Below are positions 15,656 to 24,708 of a stretch of DNA of 49,654 bases, one piece after another. Numbering within the stretch: position 1 is the first letter of the stretch; each line of letters begins with the position of its first letter. The notes under the pieces were generated by a model. It was not told the DNA's origin, made no database searches, and was given only the letters and a program-made list of their open reading frames with translations. Location of the stretch: IMG/VR virus record IMGVR_UViG_3300045988_105566; one strand, written 5' to 3'. This DNA is from a virus. The translations under genes and the position numbers were made by a program.

Positions 15656-18600
15656 AAAACGACGACGGCGCATTAAGTTTCGGCACGGCGATAGATATGT
15701 CCGGCTTCGATGCCGGCATCGAGCAGATCGAGGGGAAAGTCGCTGGATTGACCTCCAATGTTGAAGTTGAGACTTCCAAAATCTCTCAACTGCTCGCCAA
15801 CGTCCCGACCTTGAATATCGAAGTCGTCACAAATGCGTCGCAATCCCTTTCCACCATCGACACCGCATACGCCGAACTCGACCGAGTGATTGACACCAAC
15901 CGCTCGTCCGTATTGGCGTTGGAGGAGCAATATCGGCAGCTCGGCTCCGAAATCTCGAATCTCGGACGGCAGGCCGCAACTCCCGCTATTCAGGCCGAAT
16001 ACGATGCCCTCAAACAGCAGCAGACGGCGATCAAGGAGAATATAGCGTTACGCAAGAAAATCGTTACCGAGGCCGAGAAAGTCGGCGACGAACTCTATCA
16101 GACCGAACAGCGGTTGAAGAAAGAGGCCGCGGCCGCCGAAAAGAGTGCCAACAGCCAAGTATCGCTCCGCACCCGATTGAGGCAATTACGGGAAGAACTC
16201 GTAATGATGGAGGCATCGGGACAGCGCGGCACGGCACAGTATCGCGCCTTGCAGGAAGAGGCGGGAAAACTCACCGACGCATGGGCCGACGCCACGGCGC
16301 AGGCAACGATCCTCGCCCATGACCAGCGCGGTATGCAGGGTCTTATTTCGGGACTTTCAGGTGTCGCAGGGGCTTTCTCCGTAGCACAGGGCACGATGTC
16401 GCTTTTCGCGGGCGAGAATGAGGATTTGCAAAAGATCATGGTCAAGGTGCAATCCCTCATGGCTATTACCATCGGATTGCAGCAGATACAGCAAACCCTC
16501 AATAAAGATTCGGCATTCACCCTCGTTACCTTGAATGGTCTCAAAGAGTGGTGGAACAAGCTCACGGGACAGAGTGCCGTCGAGCAGGCCGCCGAAACCG
16601 CCGCGACCGAGATCAATACCGCAGCACAGGTAGCCAATGCAACGGCGACGGCCGCCGATACTGCGGCGCAGACGGCCAATAATACAGCTACCGCAGGAGG
16701 GACGGCCGCACAAGTGGCGAATACCGCATCGACAACGGCACAGACTGCCGCGACGACCGCCGGAACCGTCGCTACAAAAGCCATGTCCGTAGCAATGAAA
16801 GGTCTGCGGGCCGCGCTCATTTCTACCGGCATCGGAGCATTGGTCGTTCTTTTGGGGTCGCTCGTGAATTGGCTGATGAAAGCGTTTGAGGCGTCATCGA
16901 AAGCCGATAAGAAATTCGAGGAGCAGCAAGAAATCCTCAAAGCAGGCAACGAAGCCTACATCAAGGCTTCTATGGAGATCGAGAACTACAAAAACAAACT
17001 CGAAAGCTTCAAGGGGACAAAAGCGCAGGAGAAAGAAGTTGTCAAAGAGCTGAACTCCAAATACGGGGAGGCAATGGGTTACTATAAAACCCTTGCCGAA
17101 TGGAAAACCGTCTTAAAGCAAAAGGGCGAGAAGTATTGCGAAATGCTCATGCTCGAAGCACAGGCGCAAGCTCTTTTGACAAAAACGACCGAAGCATATA
17201 TCAAGCTCCAAGAGGTCAGAGCAAAGGCCGAAAACGGCGATTTCAACAAGTGGTGGCGTGGAAAGCGCGGAGATAATCGTGCAGCGCAAAAGGCCATAAA
17301 TGAAGCGCAGGAAGAATACGAAAACTGGAAAAAACAATGGGGAGAGATACAGGAAAAAGCATCTCAGTTCAAAAAAGATAACGACCTCGATTTCCATATC
17401 GACCCGTCCAAAGACAAGTTCGACCCGAAAAAGGCGGCTCTCACGCAAAAGAAATCCATCGAGGAATGGAAGAAAGCGGTCAAGCAGTATATCAAGGATG
17501 CGCATAGCGAGATAGCCGACTATACGATTGAGGCGATGGCAGAGGGACAGTCCAAAGAACTCAATCAGATAGAACTCGATACCGTCCGCAAGCGTAATGC
17601 GTGGCGTCAGCAGTTGCGCCAACTCGCCAAGGTTAGGCAGGATGCCGAGAAGCAATATTACATGTCGCAGAAAGGCGCGACGGAGGTCAAATGGGCCAAT
17701 TCCAAGCGCGGCAAGATGACTATCGACGATTACGTCAAGGAGTTACTCCAAGACCCTAAAATCGCCGAGGAGTTCAATCGCGTATTAACGGCCATCACAG
17801 AGCAGGGAGAGCGGGAAAAGGCCGAAATCCGCAGGAAATACACCGACGCGCTGATTGACGAATACGGCACGGTCGAGCAGAGGATCGAGAAACTCAATCG
17901 GGAGTGGGCGAAGAAACTATCCACTATGCCGACCGAATACCTGCACAACGCGATTAAGCAGATGAACGCCGAGTTTGCCGCATTGGAATCTGCGGATTTC
18001 AAAAAGTCGATCAACTGGGAGAGCGTATTCGGCGACCTCGGAAAACAGTCGTTATCGACCTTGCAATACAACCTCGACAAGATCAAGGCTTATTTCGCCT
18101 CGAACAAGGATTCGATGGGCGCAACCGAGATCAAGGACTATCAAGAAGCGATTACCAAGATGGAGGAGGAAATCGCCTCTCGAAACCCCTTTGTCGCCCT
18201 GCACAAGTCGATCAAGGACATAGGCAACGCCAAAACGGAGTTCGTCGCCGCATTGCAGGCATGGCACGACGCGCAGGATGGGATCACGACCGCGCAGCGG
18301 GAATACAACGAAGCTCTCGCCGTCGAGCAGGCCCTCCGCGAGCAGATTGATTTGGGTACTCTCACGGAGGACAGCGATAAGTACCGCGAAGCCGAAGAAA
18401 ACCTGAAATTGGCGAAATTCCGCGTTGCCGAAGCGACGGAGCGCAACTCGCAGGCTGAACAGCGGGCATTATCCGCACGTAATAATATCACCGTTTCCTA
18501 CAAGAATTTCGCAACGCAACTGCGGGCTGTCGGAGGCGTGATTTCCGGGATCGGCGGCCAAGCGCAGAACCTCGCGGCGATATTCTCCGATGATGTCGCA

Positions 18601-19986
18601 AATGGTATCGGCAAGGCCCTCGATACTATTGACGCGGTATTGGATGCCGCATCGACTGTCATGGATGCCATCGGAGATGTCGGCAAAGGCGTCGCCGAGG
18701 GCGTAGAAGCTACCGTTGATGCAACGGCACAGGGTGCAACGGCCGCAGCAGCAGCCGGAGCCGCCTCTATATCAACCATCGAGAAAGCATCGGTTATCCT
18801 CGCCGTTATTTCGGCGGCTTTGCAGGTCGCTACGGCCATCGCCAACCTCTTCAACGATGACGATTCCAAGCAGAAAGAAATCGAGAACCTGCAACGCCGC
18901 ATCGACCAACTGCAATGGGAACTCGACAATGCCGATACCGTCCGCTTGCAGAATAATGTCGGGGATGCCGTGCAGAAATTGAGGGACATCTACGCCGAAA
19001 CCACGCAGGAGGTATTGCGTCTGCATCTCACATCACAGCAGTACGGCAACTCATGGACACGGATGATCGCCCGGATGCGCTACGATAGCGAGGTATATGA
19101 GAAATCCATCGAGAAGATTGCCGATGCGTATGCAAAGGTAGCCTATACCGCCGATAAAGCCCTCGGAGGGAAGAGATACGACGAAAGCCGCAAGCAGCTC
19201 GAAAACCTTGCAGAGCAGCAGATACTCATTCAGAAACAGATCAATGAGGAGCAAAGCAAGAAAAAGACCGATCACGGCAAGATCGAGGAGTGGCAGCGAC
19301 AGATTCAGGAGATCGCCCAAGAGATGGCATCCATCATCAACGAGATGCTGGAAGACATCATCGGCTATACCGCCGCCGACCTTGCCTCGGAACTCGGAGA
19401 TGCTTTCTTCGAAGCGGCCAAGCAGGGAGAGGATGCGATGGAGGCATGGCGCAAAAAGGTCAATGATATTGTCGCCGATGTTCTGCAAAGAATGCTCGTA
19501 CAGAAGTATTTGGAAGAGCGTATCGGAGGCATTTTCGACAGATACAAAAAAGAATGGTTCGGCAATGACGGCTCGTTCAAAGGCATCGACGCCGTGATCG
19601 GTTCGATGAATGGATTTGCCGGAGAACTCAATCAGGTCGGAGAAGAGTTCAACGCGATCTATCAAGGTCTGTCCGATAGCCTTAAAAATTATTTCACGGG
19701 AGATGCCGAGCGCGAGGGAATGAGCAAGGGGATCGCCACCGCGTCGCAGGATAGCGTCGATGAGAACAACGCCCGCCTGACGACCATTCAGGGGCATACC
19801 TATACCCTCGTACAAGGCATGAATGACCTGAATCGCACGAGCAATGCCGTCCTCGACAAACTGACGGGCATTGAGAAGAATACCTCCGAGGCCAACGACA
19901 AGCTCGATAGGGTCGATAAGAATATCAAGGACATCAAAAACACGGTTGATGATATTGACCGGAAAGGATTAAAACTCCGCAGCTAA
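15652..19986 (+). CDS. Tail tape measure protein
   Basis: 1444 aa, coiled-coil-rich, with a hydrophobic central segment. Lies after the chaperone pair. Confidence 0.9.
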   Translation: MKNDDGALSFGTAIDMSGFDAGIEQIEGKVAGLTSNVEVETSKISQLLANVPTLNIEVVTNASQSLSTIDTAYAELDRVIDTNRSSVLALEEQYRQLGSEISNLGRQAATPAIQAEYDALKQQQTAIKENIALRKKIVTEAEKVGDELYQTEQRLKKEAAAAEKSANSQVSLRTRLRQLREELVMMEASGQRGTAQYRALQEEAGKLTDAWADATAQATILAHDQRGMQGLISGLSGVAGAFSVAQGTMSLFAGENEDLQKIMVKVQSLMAITIGLQQIQQTLNKDSAFTLVTLNGLKEWWNKLTGQSAVEQAAETAATEINTAAQVANATATAADTAAQTANNTATAGGTAAQVANTASTTAQTAATTAGTVATKAMSVAMKGLRAALISTGIGALVVLLGSLVNWLMKAFEASSKADKKFEEQQEILKAGNEAYIKASMEIENYKNKLESFKGTKAQEKEVVKELNSKYGEAMGYYKTLAEWKTVLKQKGEKYCEMLMLEAQAQALLTKTTEAYIKLQEVRAKAENGDFNKWWRGKRGDNRAAQKAINEAQEEYENWKKQWGEIQEKASQFKKDNDLDFHIDPSKDKFDPKKAALTQKKSIEEWKKAVKQYIKDAHSEIADYTIEAMAEGQSKELNQIELDTVRKRNAWRQQLRQLAKVRQDAEKQYYMSQKGATEVKWANSKRGKMTIDDYVKELLQDPKIAEEFNRVLTAITEQGEREKAEIRRKYTDALIDEYGTVEQRIEKLNREWAKKLSTMPTEYLHNAIKQMNAEFAALESADFKKSINWESVFGDLGKQSLSTLQYNLDKIKAYFASNKDSMGATEIKDYQEAITKMEEEIASRNPFVALHKSIKDIGNAKTEFVAALQAWHDAQDGITTAQREYNEALAVEQALREQIDLGTLTEDSDKYREAEENLKLAKFRVAEATERNSQAEQRALSARNNITVSYKNFATQLRAVGGVISGIGGQAQNLAAIFSDDVANGIGKALDTIDAVLDAASTVMDAIGDVGKGVAEGVEATVDATAQGATAAAAAGAASISTIEKASVILAVISAALQVATAIANLFNDDDSKQKEIENLQRRIDQLQWELDNADTVRLQNNVGDAVQKLRDIYAETTQEVLRLHLTSQQYGNSWTRMIARMRYDSEVYEKSIEKIADAYAKVAYTADKALGGKRYDESRKQLENLAEQQILIQKQINEEQSKKKTDHGKIEEWQRQIQEIAQEMASIINEMLEDIIGYTAADLASELGDAFFEAAKQGEDAMEAWRKKVNDIVADVLQRMLVQKYLEERIGGIFDRYKKEWFGNDGSFKGIDAVIGSMNGFAGELNQVGEEFNAIYQGLSDSLKNYFTGDAEREGMSKGIATASQDSVDENNARLTTIQGHTYTLVQGMNDLNRTSNAVLDKLTGIEKNTSEANDKLDRVDKNIKDIKNTVDDIDRKGLKLRS

Positions 19987-20475
19987 ATGAAAGAACTCAT
20001 CAGACGAATACAGAGGGAATGGAGGGCGGCCAAAGATGCCGCCCAAGCCCAATGCGCCGATAGCGGGCAGTATGAAATGGCCGCAAAACTCGAAGCCTGC
20101 GACATGTTCAAAGGCGACGAGACATTGGAAGAGTTGATCGGGCTGATGTTCTCCCCGCGAGGGGTCGAATTTATGACGGCCTACAACTTCCCCAACATCG
20201 CCACATTCAGACGATTCAAGAAGTACCACCCGGAGCGATACGGGGTATATATCGACAGTGGCGAAATCTCGCTTTTGGAGGCTCGGAAAGTCTTTTTGAT
20301 AGGAGATACCACCGCCGAGCTGAAATACCGCGAAACCGCCGGAAATCGGCTATTCCTAATGTGCGGAGCAAAAGCCTCCGTCGCGGCATCGGGATATGCG
20401 GTCGTCAAGGTCGAAAAGGATAAGGATTCCGAGGTGAGTTACATCGTTCAGGACAACGCGAAAATCCTATGGTAG
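19987..20475 (+). CDS. Hypothetical tail-module protein
   Basis: 162 aa, abuts the tape-measure stop. Confidence 0.5.
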   Translation: MKELIRRIQREWRAAKDAAQAQCADSGQYEMAAKLEACDMFKGDETLEELIGLMFSPRGVEFMTAYNFPNIATFRRFKKYHPERYGVYIDSGEISLLEARKVFLIGDTTAELKYRETAGNRLFLMCGAKASVAASGYAVVKVEKDKDSEVSYIVQDNAKILW

Positions 20476-21443
20476 GCAAGCTGTTCATAGACGGACTGGA
20501 TGCGTTCAGCGAATACGGCATCTTCGTAGAGCAGTACGGGTACAAGGCACTCGTACAGATGCCGTCATTCAAAAAACTGAATAGCACCGAATGGCCCGAA
20601 TATGACGGCGAGGAAACAGATCTCTCTAATCCGATCCTCGACAGCAAGACATTCTCGATACCGTTTTGCATCACCGATATTTTGAGCGCGAGCGATCTGT
20701 TCGAGGTGCTTTCCGATGGGGCATATCATATCTTCGACTTCGCCGAACTCGGCAAGTCCTACAAACTGCGGCTTCTGACCAATCCCGCATTGTCCGCCAA
20801 AATCCAGCTCGGAAAAATCACGCTGAATTTCGCCGATGACTTTCCGCCCGTCTATCCGACCGATGAGACGGACATCGAGAGCCTGAACGAGTACAATACG
20901 CTGCTGAATCAAGCTCCCTATGCAACAGCCCCGACGGGCTTCAAGCAAAACGGCTACGAGATGGATGATGTCGATTTTTCCCGCTTCGGGGTCTATGTCC
21001 TCGACGGCACGGATCGGAATATTCAGAAAGCCCCGAATGTCCGCGAGAATCTGAAAATTGATGTAACCAATCGGCCCGGAGTGGACTATGACGGAGAATC
21101 GGTTTTCTACAAGGCGAAAGACGTTGCGATGAAGCTCTTTATCTATGCCGATAGCATCGCTCAATTTTGGGAACGCTGGTATGCGCTTTTCACCGCCCTG
21201 CTGAAACCCGAATTACGCAAATTATACAACGACAACGCTTTGGAGGAGTATAATTGCTACTACAAGAGCAATACGGTAACGCGATTCGATATTCGCCGCA
21301 ACGGGCGGGTGTGGTGCGAGTTCACCGTAACCCTGACCTTTCCCGATTCGCGGCCCGACGGTAATTACTGCGTATTGGCGACCGAGGATAAGGATGTCGT
21401 GATAACCGAGCCGGAAGAGGGCCTCATCGTATTTAGAATTTAA
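20469..21443 (+). CDS. Distal tail protein (putative)
   Basis: 324 aa. Positional call. Confidence 0.45.
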   Translation: MVGKLFIDGLDAFSEYGIFVEQYGYKALVQMPSFKKLNSTEWPEYDGEETDLSNPILDSKTFSIPFCITDILSASDLFEVLSDGAYHIFDFAELGKSYKLRLLTNPALSAKIQLGKITLNFADDFPPVYPTDETDIESLNEYNTLLNQAPYATAPTGFKQNGYEMDDVDFSRFGVYVLDGTDRNIQKAPNVRENLKIDVTNRPGVDYDGESVFYKAKDVAMKLFIYADSIAQFWERWYALFTALLKPELRKLYNDNALEEYNCYYKSNTVTRFDIRRNGRVWCEFTVTLTFPDSRPDGNYCVLATEDKDVVITEPEEGLIVFRI

Positions 21444-21455
21444 CTCTACAAGGAT

Positions 21456-22118
21456 ATGATAAAGAAGAAAATATCGGAACTCCCCGAATGCACCTCATTC
21501 AAAGGGCTGTGGACTATCGGCGTCGATATATTCAACAAGAGCGTCAAGGTGTCGCTCGAATATATCCAGTCGGTCGTCGAGGGGATGAAGTCGGCGACGA
21601 AAAATGCGACCGATGCCACCAGCGCGGCAAACTCCGCAGCGCAGACGGCCGATAATGCCGCGCAAAGGGCGCAGGCTGCTACGACCGCCGCCAATACCGC
21701 GACGACGAATGCCAATAATGCCACCGCCGCCGCGATTGAGGCGAAAGAGGATTGCGAGGAGGTGATCGCCGCCGCTGCGGAATTGGAGCCGCTGAACCTC
21801 GTACCTACGGCGATGACGGTAGAATACCCCTCGCGCCTGCTGGTCGGCAATATGGCGGAGAATTTCATCCGCGCGACGCTCGCTCCGGCAAGTGTTAAGC
21901 CGAATGTGCTGTTCCTCGGCGATGACAAAGCCGTATCGGTAACTCCCGACGGGCGTATCACGATCCTCGCCGCCGGGATTAGCATCATCCATGTCATCCC
22001 GACCTGTAACGTAGCCCTCTACAAGACGATTCAGATCAAAGTTTCGGAGCCTACGGTCAGATTGGTAACGCTCTCGTCGATCCGCCTCACGGCAAACGGT
22101 AATTTCAGGTTCAATTAA
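21456..22118 (+). CDS. Virion protein with Ala/Thr/Asn-rich coil and a C-terminal Big_2-like Ig domain
   Basis: The C-terminal V.V.P.......V...S.D..VA.V...G.ITA...G-like pattern (AVSVTPDGRITILAAGISIIHV) resembles a bacterial Ig-like group 2 domain. Confidence 0.55.
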   Translation: MIKKKISELPECTSFKGLWTIGVDIFNKSVKVSLEYIQSVVEGMKSATKNATDATSAANSAAQTADNAAQRAQAATTAANTATTNANNATAAAIEAKEDCEEVIAAAAELEPLNLVPTAMTVEYPSRLLVGNMAENFIRATLAPASVKPNVLFLGDDKAVSVTPDGRITILAAGISIIHVIPTCNVALYKTIQIKVSEPTVRLVTLSSIRLTANGNFRFN

Positions 22119-22132
22119 AACAACATCAAACT

Positions 22133-22450
22133 ATGGGAAGACAAGGTTACATCAGCGAATTTATGAACGGCGGGCGCATCCTCTCGCATGGCAAGATCGA
22201 AAGCCTCGCAAATGGGTTCAGCCTGCCGAATGACGCACTGTTCTCGCTCTACATCAGGCCCAAATACAGCAGTTCCAGCGTGGATGCCGTATTGAGCGTA
22301 AAATGCTATCAGGACGACGAGTTTTCCGACGCCCCGGTAGTTCTCAACGACTGGTCGCCGATGGCGATAAAAGCGATTGCGCCGAATGCGGATTTTCTCA
22401 ACACTCACGACCTCTATTGGGGTGCTGGAACTTACGTCGAAAAGGTATGA
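22133..22450 (+). CDS. Hypothetical 105-aa protein
   Basis: Same-strand packing in the tail module. Confidence 0.5.
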   Translation: MGRQGYISEFMNGGRILSHGKIESLANGFSLPNDALFSLYIRPKYSSSSVDAVLSVKCYQDDEFSDAPVVLNDWSPMAIKAIAPNADFLNTHDLYWGAGTYVEKV

Positions 22451-22601
22451 TCGCATCGGTATTCATATCCCTATCGCGGCGGTTGCGCCAATGGGCGGCA
22501 TCCCGTAAGCAGAAGAAAATGCGACTGAATACCGCATCGTCGGTGATGTTCATCGCAACGAAAGGTAAAACGGTTTTCAAATTCTTAAACAACAAATAGT
22601 T

Positions 22602-24029
22602 ATGACAGCAGCACAAGAAGCTATCCTCGAACAGATCATCGAGGCTTTTCAGAACGGCAAGCGTTTGAGCGACTTGCCCGACGTATCGGGGACTAACCCG
22701 TTCAATCTCATCTGCGAGGTATTGGAGGACGGCGAGAGCAAAAAGGCCGCGCTCGCAACGCTCCTGCCTTACATGGAGGAGGAATGCAGCTACGGCATCG
22801 AGTTCGACACCGCTGTATCCTCGCCTGCCTGCACCCGTATCGGCAATCTCTCCCTGCACAAGAGCCTGCCGATCCACAACCGGATGAAAGGCTGCCTGCT
22901 CAACGACGACGGCGAGGTCGTGGAATATCTCAATCCGGCAAATTGGACGGGACAGACGCGCGACGGCTCGCGGGGTCAGGTCATGGTCGAACTTCCCATG
23001 CACTACCGCAAATTCGAGACTGACGGCACGAAGCGGCGGGTACGCATCAGCGAGTACCCTCTCCCCGGCTATCGTCTCGTCCCAGGGAATAGATACGTTT
23101 CGGCGTATCAGGCTACCATACAGCGCAGCACGACGACCCTCTGCTCGGTCGTGAATATGGATGCCGACTACCGAGGCGGCAACAACAATACGGCGTATGA
23201 CGGAACCTATCGCACGTTCCTCGGACGCCCGGCGACGGGTATCTCCCGTACCAATTTCCGCAATTACGCCCGCAAACGCAAGTCCGGTTCGACGGAATGG
23301 AACTGCATGACCTACGACATCCAAAAAGAACTGTATTGGCTCTTCGCCATCGAATATGCCACGCTCAACTCGCAGGCGGCATTCAATGCGGAAAAGGACA
23401 GCAACGGTTATGCGCAGGGCGGCCTCGGAGCAGGTGTAACAAACATGTCCGATTGGAGCGGATTCAACGGCTATTATCCGTTCGTGCCGTGCGGCCATAC
23501 CGACGAACTCGGAAACGGCACGGGCGAGGTAGCATACCCCGTCATCAATGAGGACGGATCGACCCGATGCACGGTCATGGTTCCGCGCTATCGGGGTGTC
23601 GAGAATCCTTTCGGTCATGTTTGGCAATGGACGGACGGCATCAACATCCGGATCAGCCCGACCGAGGAGAATGGCGGCGACGGGTTGAGCAAGGTATTCG
23701 TCTGCACCGATCCGGCCAAATTCTCGGATAGCGGTTACGACGGCTACGCCCATGTAGGCAACGAGGCCCGCGCAGAGGGATATGTCAAAGAGGTGATTTT
23801 CGGCGAGGGAGGAGAGATCATGCCCTCCGTCGTAGGAGGCGGTTCTTCGACCTATTTCTGCGACTACCACTATACCAACATCCCGACGGCCGAAGCATTG
23901 CGCGGTGTCCTGTTCGGCGGTTATGCGCTTTCCGGCGCGTCTGCCGGTTTTGCGTGTGCGGCTTCGAATCACGCGCCCTCGCATACGGCTGCGTCTGTCG
24001 GGTCTCGCCTTTGCTTTATCCCCGCATAA
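22602..24029 (+). CDS. DGR target protein 1 (tail fibre/receptor-binding candidate, C-terminal C-type-lectin-like variable region)
   Basis: The last ~39 codons are VR1. The C-terminus GVLFGGYALSGASAGFACAASNHAPSHTAASVGSRLCF has the typical CLec/FGE-like target layout. Confidence 0.85.
   Translation: MTAAQEAILEQIIEAFQNGKRLSDLPDVSGTNPFNLICEVLEDGESKKAALATLLPYMEEECSYGIEFDTAVSSPACTRIGNLSLHKSLPIHNRMKGCLLNDDGEVVEYLNPANWTGQTRDGSRGQVMVELPMHYRKFETDGTKRRVRISEYPLPGYRLVPGNRYVSAYQATIQRSTTTLCSVVNMDADYRGGNNNTAYDGTYRTFLGRPATGISRTNFRNYARKRKSGSTEWNCMTYDIQKELYWLFAIEYATLNSQAAFNAEKDSNGYAQGGLGAGVTNMSDWSGFNGYYPFVPCGHTDELGNGTGEVAYPVINEDGSTRCTVMVPRYRGVENPFGHVWQWTDGINIRISPTEENGGDGLSKVFVCTDPAKFSDSGYDGYAHVGNEARAEGYVKEVIFGEGGEIMPSVVGGGSSTYFCDYHYTNIPTAEALRGVLFGGYALSGASAGFACAASNHAPSHTAASVGSRLCFIPA
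23902..24017 (+). repeat. VR1 (variable repeat)
   Basis: 116 nt collinear with the TR. By hand count 23 of 29 TR adenines differ, with no mismatch at any non-A position. Confidence 0.93.
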
Positions 24030-24079
24030 CGGATAACGCCACAGAAAACACGCTCGGCCAATAATTAAACGATACGACA

Positions 24080-24427
24080 ATGGAGAATAACCATAATCCG
24101 ATGGAAGATGACGGTTCGCTGGATTTCCTGAAAATCCCCGCCGACGAAACCAACAAGCATTTTAACTGCCCCGAAACAACGCAGCAGAAGTTGATTAACC
24201 TCACCTTTTGGGTCTGCGACTACATCGAAGGAGTGAAAACGAAGTTCGGATCAGATCGGACGCTCGTCAAGATCAAGATGAATCGGGACGACCCCGACCG
24301 CGACGCACGCAAGTTCTTCACCAATTCGCGGGAAATCAAATATGTCCTCGCCAAGATTCGGGAGATGGACAAATTCCCGCGACGGGTAACGATGCGGGCA
24401 TCTGGAACGCGGTACTACTTGGAGTAA
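24080..24427 (+). CDS. Small ORF in the DGR accessory (Avd) position, not Avd-like
   Basis: 115 aa between target and TR. No obvious four-helix-bundle-like sequence. Confidence 0.55.
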   Translation: MENNHNPMEDDGSLDFLKIPADETNKHFNCPETTQQKLINLTFWVCDYIEGVKTKFGSDRTLVKIKMNRDDPDRDARKFFTNSREIKYVLAKIREMDKFPRRVTMRASGTRYYLE

Positions 24428-24453
24428 TGGATGTATAAAGGTTGGTTGCTCTT

Positions 24454-24569
24454 GCGGTGTCCTGTTCAGCGGTAATGCGAATAACAGCGCGAATGCCGGT
24501 TTTGCGTATGCGAATTCGAATAACACGCCCTCGAATACGAATGCGAATGTCAGGTCTCGCCAATGATTT
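24454..24569 (+). repeat. TR (template repeat) of the DGR
   Basis: Intergenic. In the VR frame it reads GVLFSGNANNSANAGFAYANSNNTPSNTNANVRSRQ*, with 10 AAY codons. Confidence 0.93.
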
Positions 24570-24649
24570 TCAGAAAGGTAAAAACATAAATTTTGAGAGC
24601 AACGACCCTGCCTCTCGGCAAAAAATATCACCTCAAAAAGGAGTTAGTA

Positions 24650-24675
24650 GGCGGTTTCGGGCCTCCCGAACTGCC
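24650..24675 (+). other. Hairpin in the TR-RT spacer
   Basis: GGCGG(t)TTCGGG-cct-CCCGAACTGCC: 11 bp with one bulge and one G.U pair (hand-folded). Confidence 0.4.
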
Positions 24676-24708
24676 GAACGCCCCGAATATGAAAAGCAAA
24701 GCGTCGAA

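Noticed and set aside
22398-24080. 560-aa minus-strand ORF, the longest unexplained ORF in the track
   Set aside because: It lies entirely antisense to DGR target gene 22602..24029, whose C-terminus matches TR/VR logic. Its translation is Arg/Ala/Gly-rich low complexity, typical of the antisense frame of GC3-rich genes.
24442-24708. 5' 89 codons of the 434-aa RT ORF (MVALAVSCSAVMRITARMPVLRMRIRITRPRIRMRM...)
   Set aside because: This stretch is an out-of-frame translation of the TR and spacer. DGR RTs typically begin like MKRIGNLYE, found at 24709.
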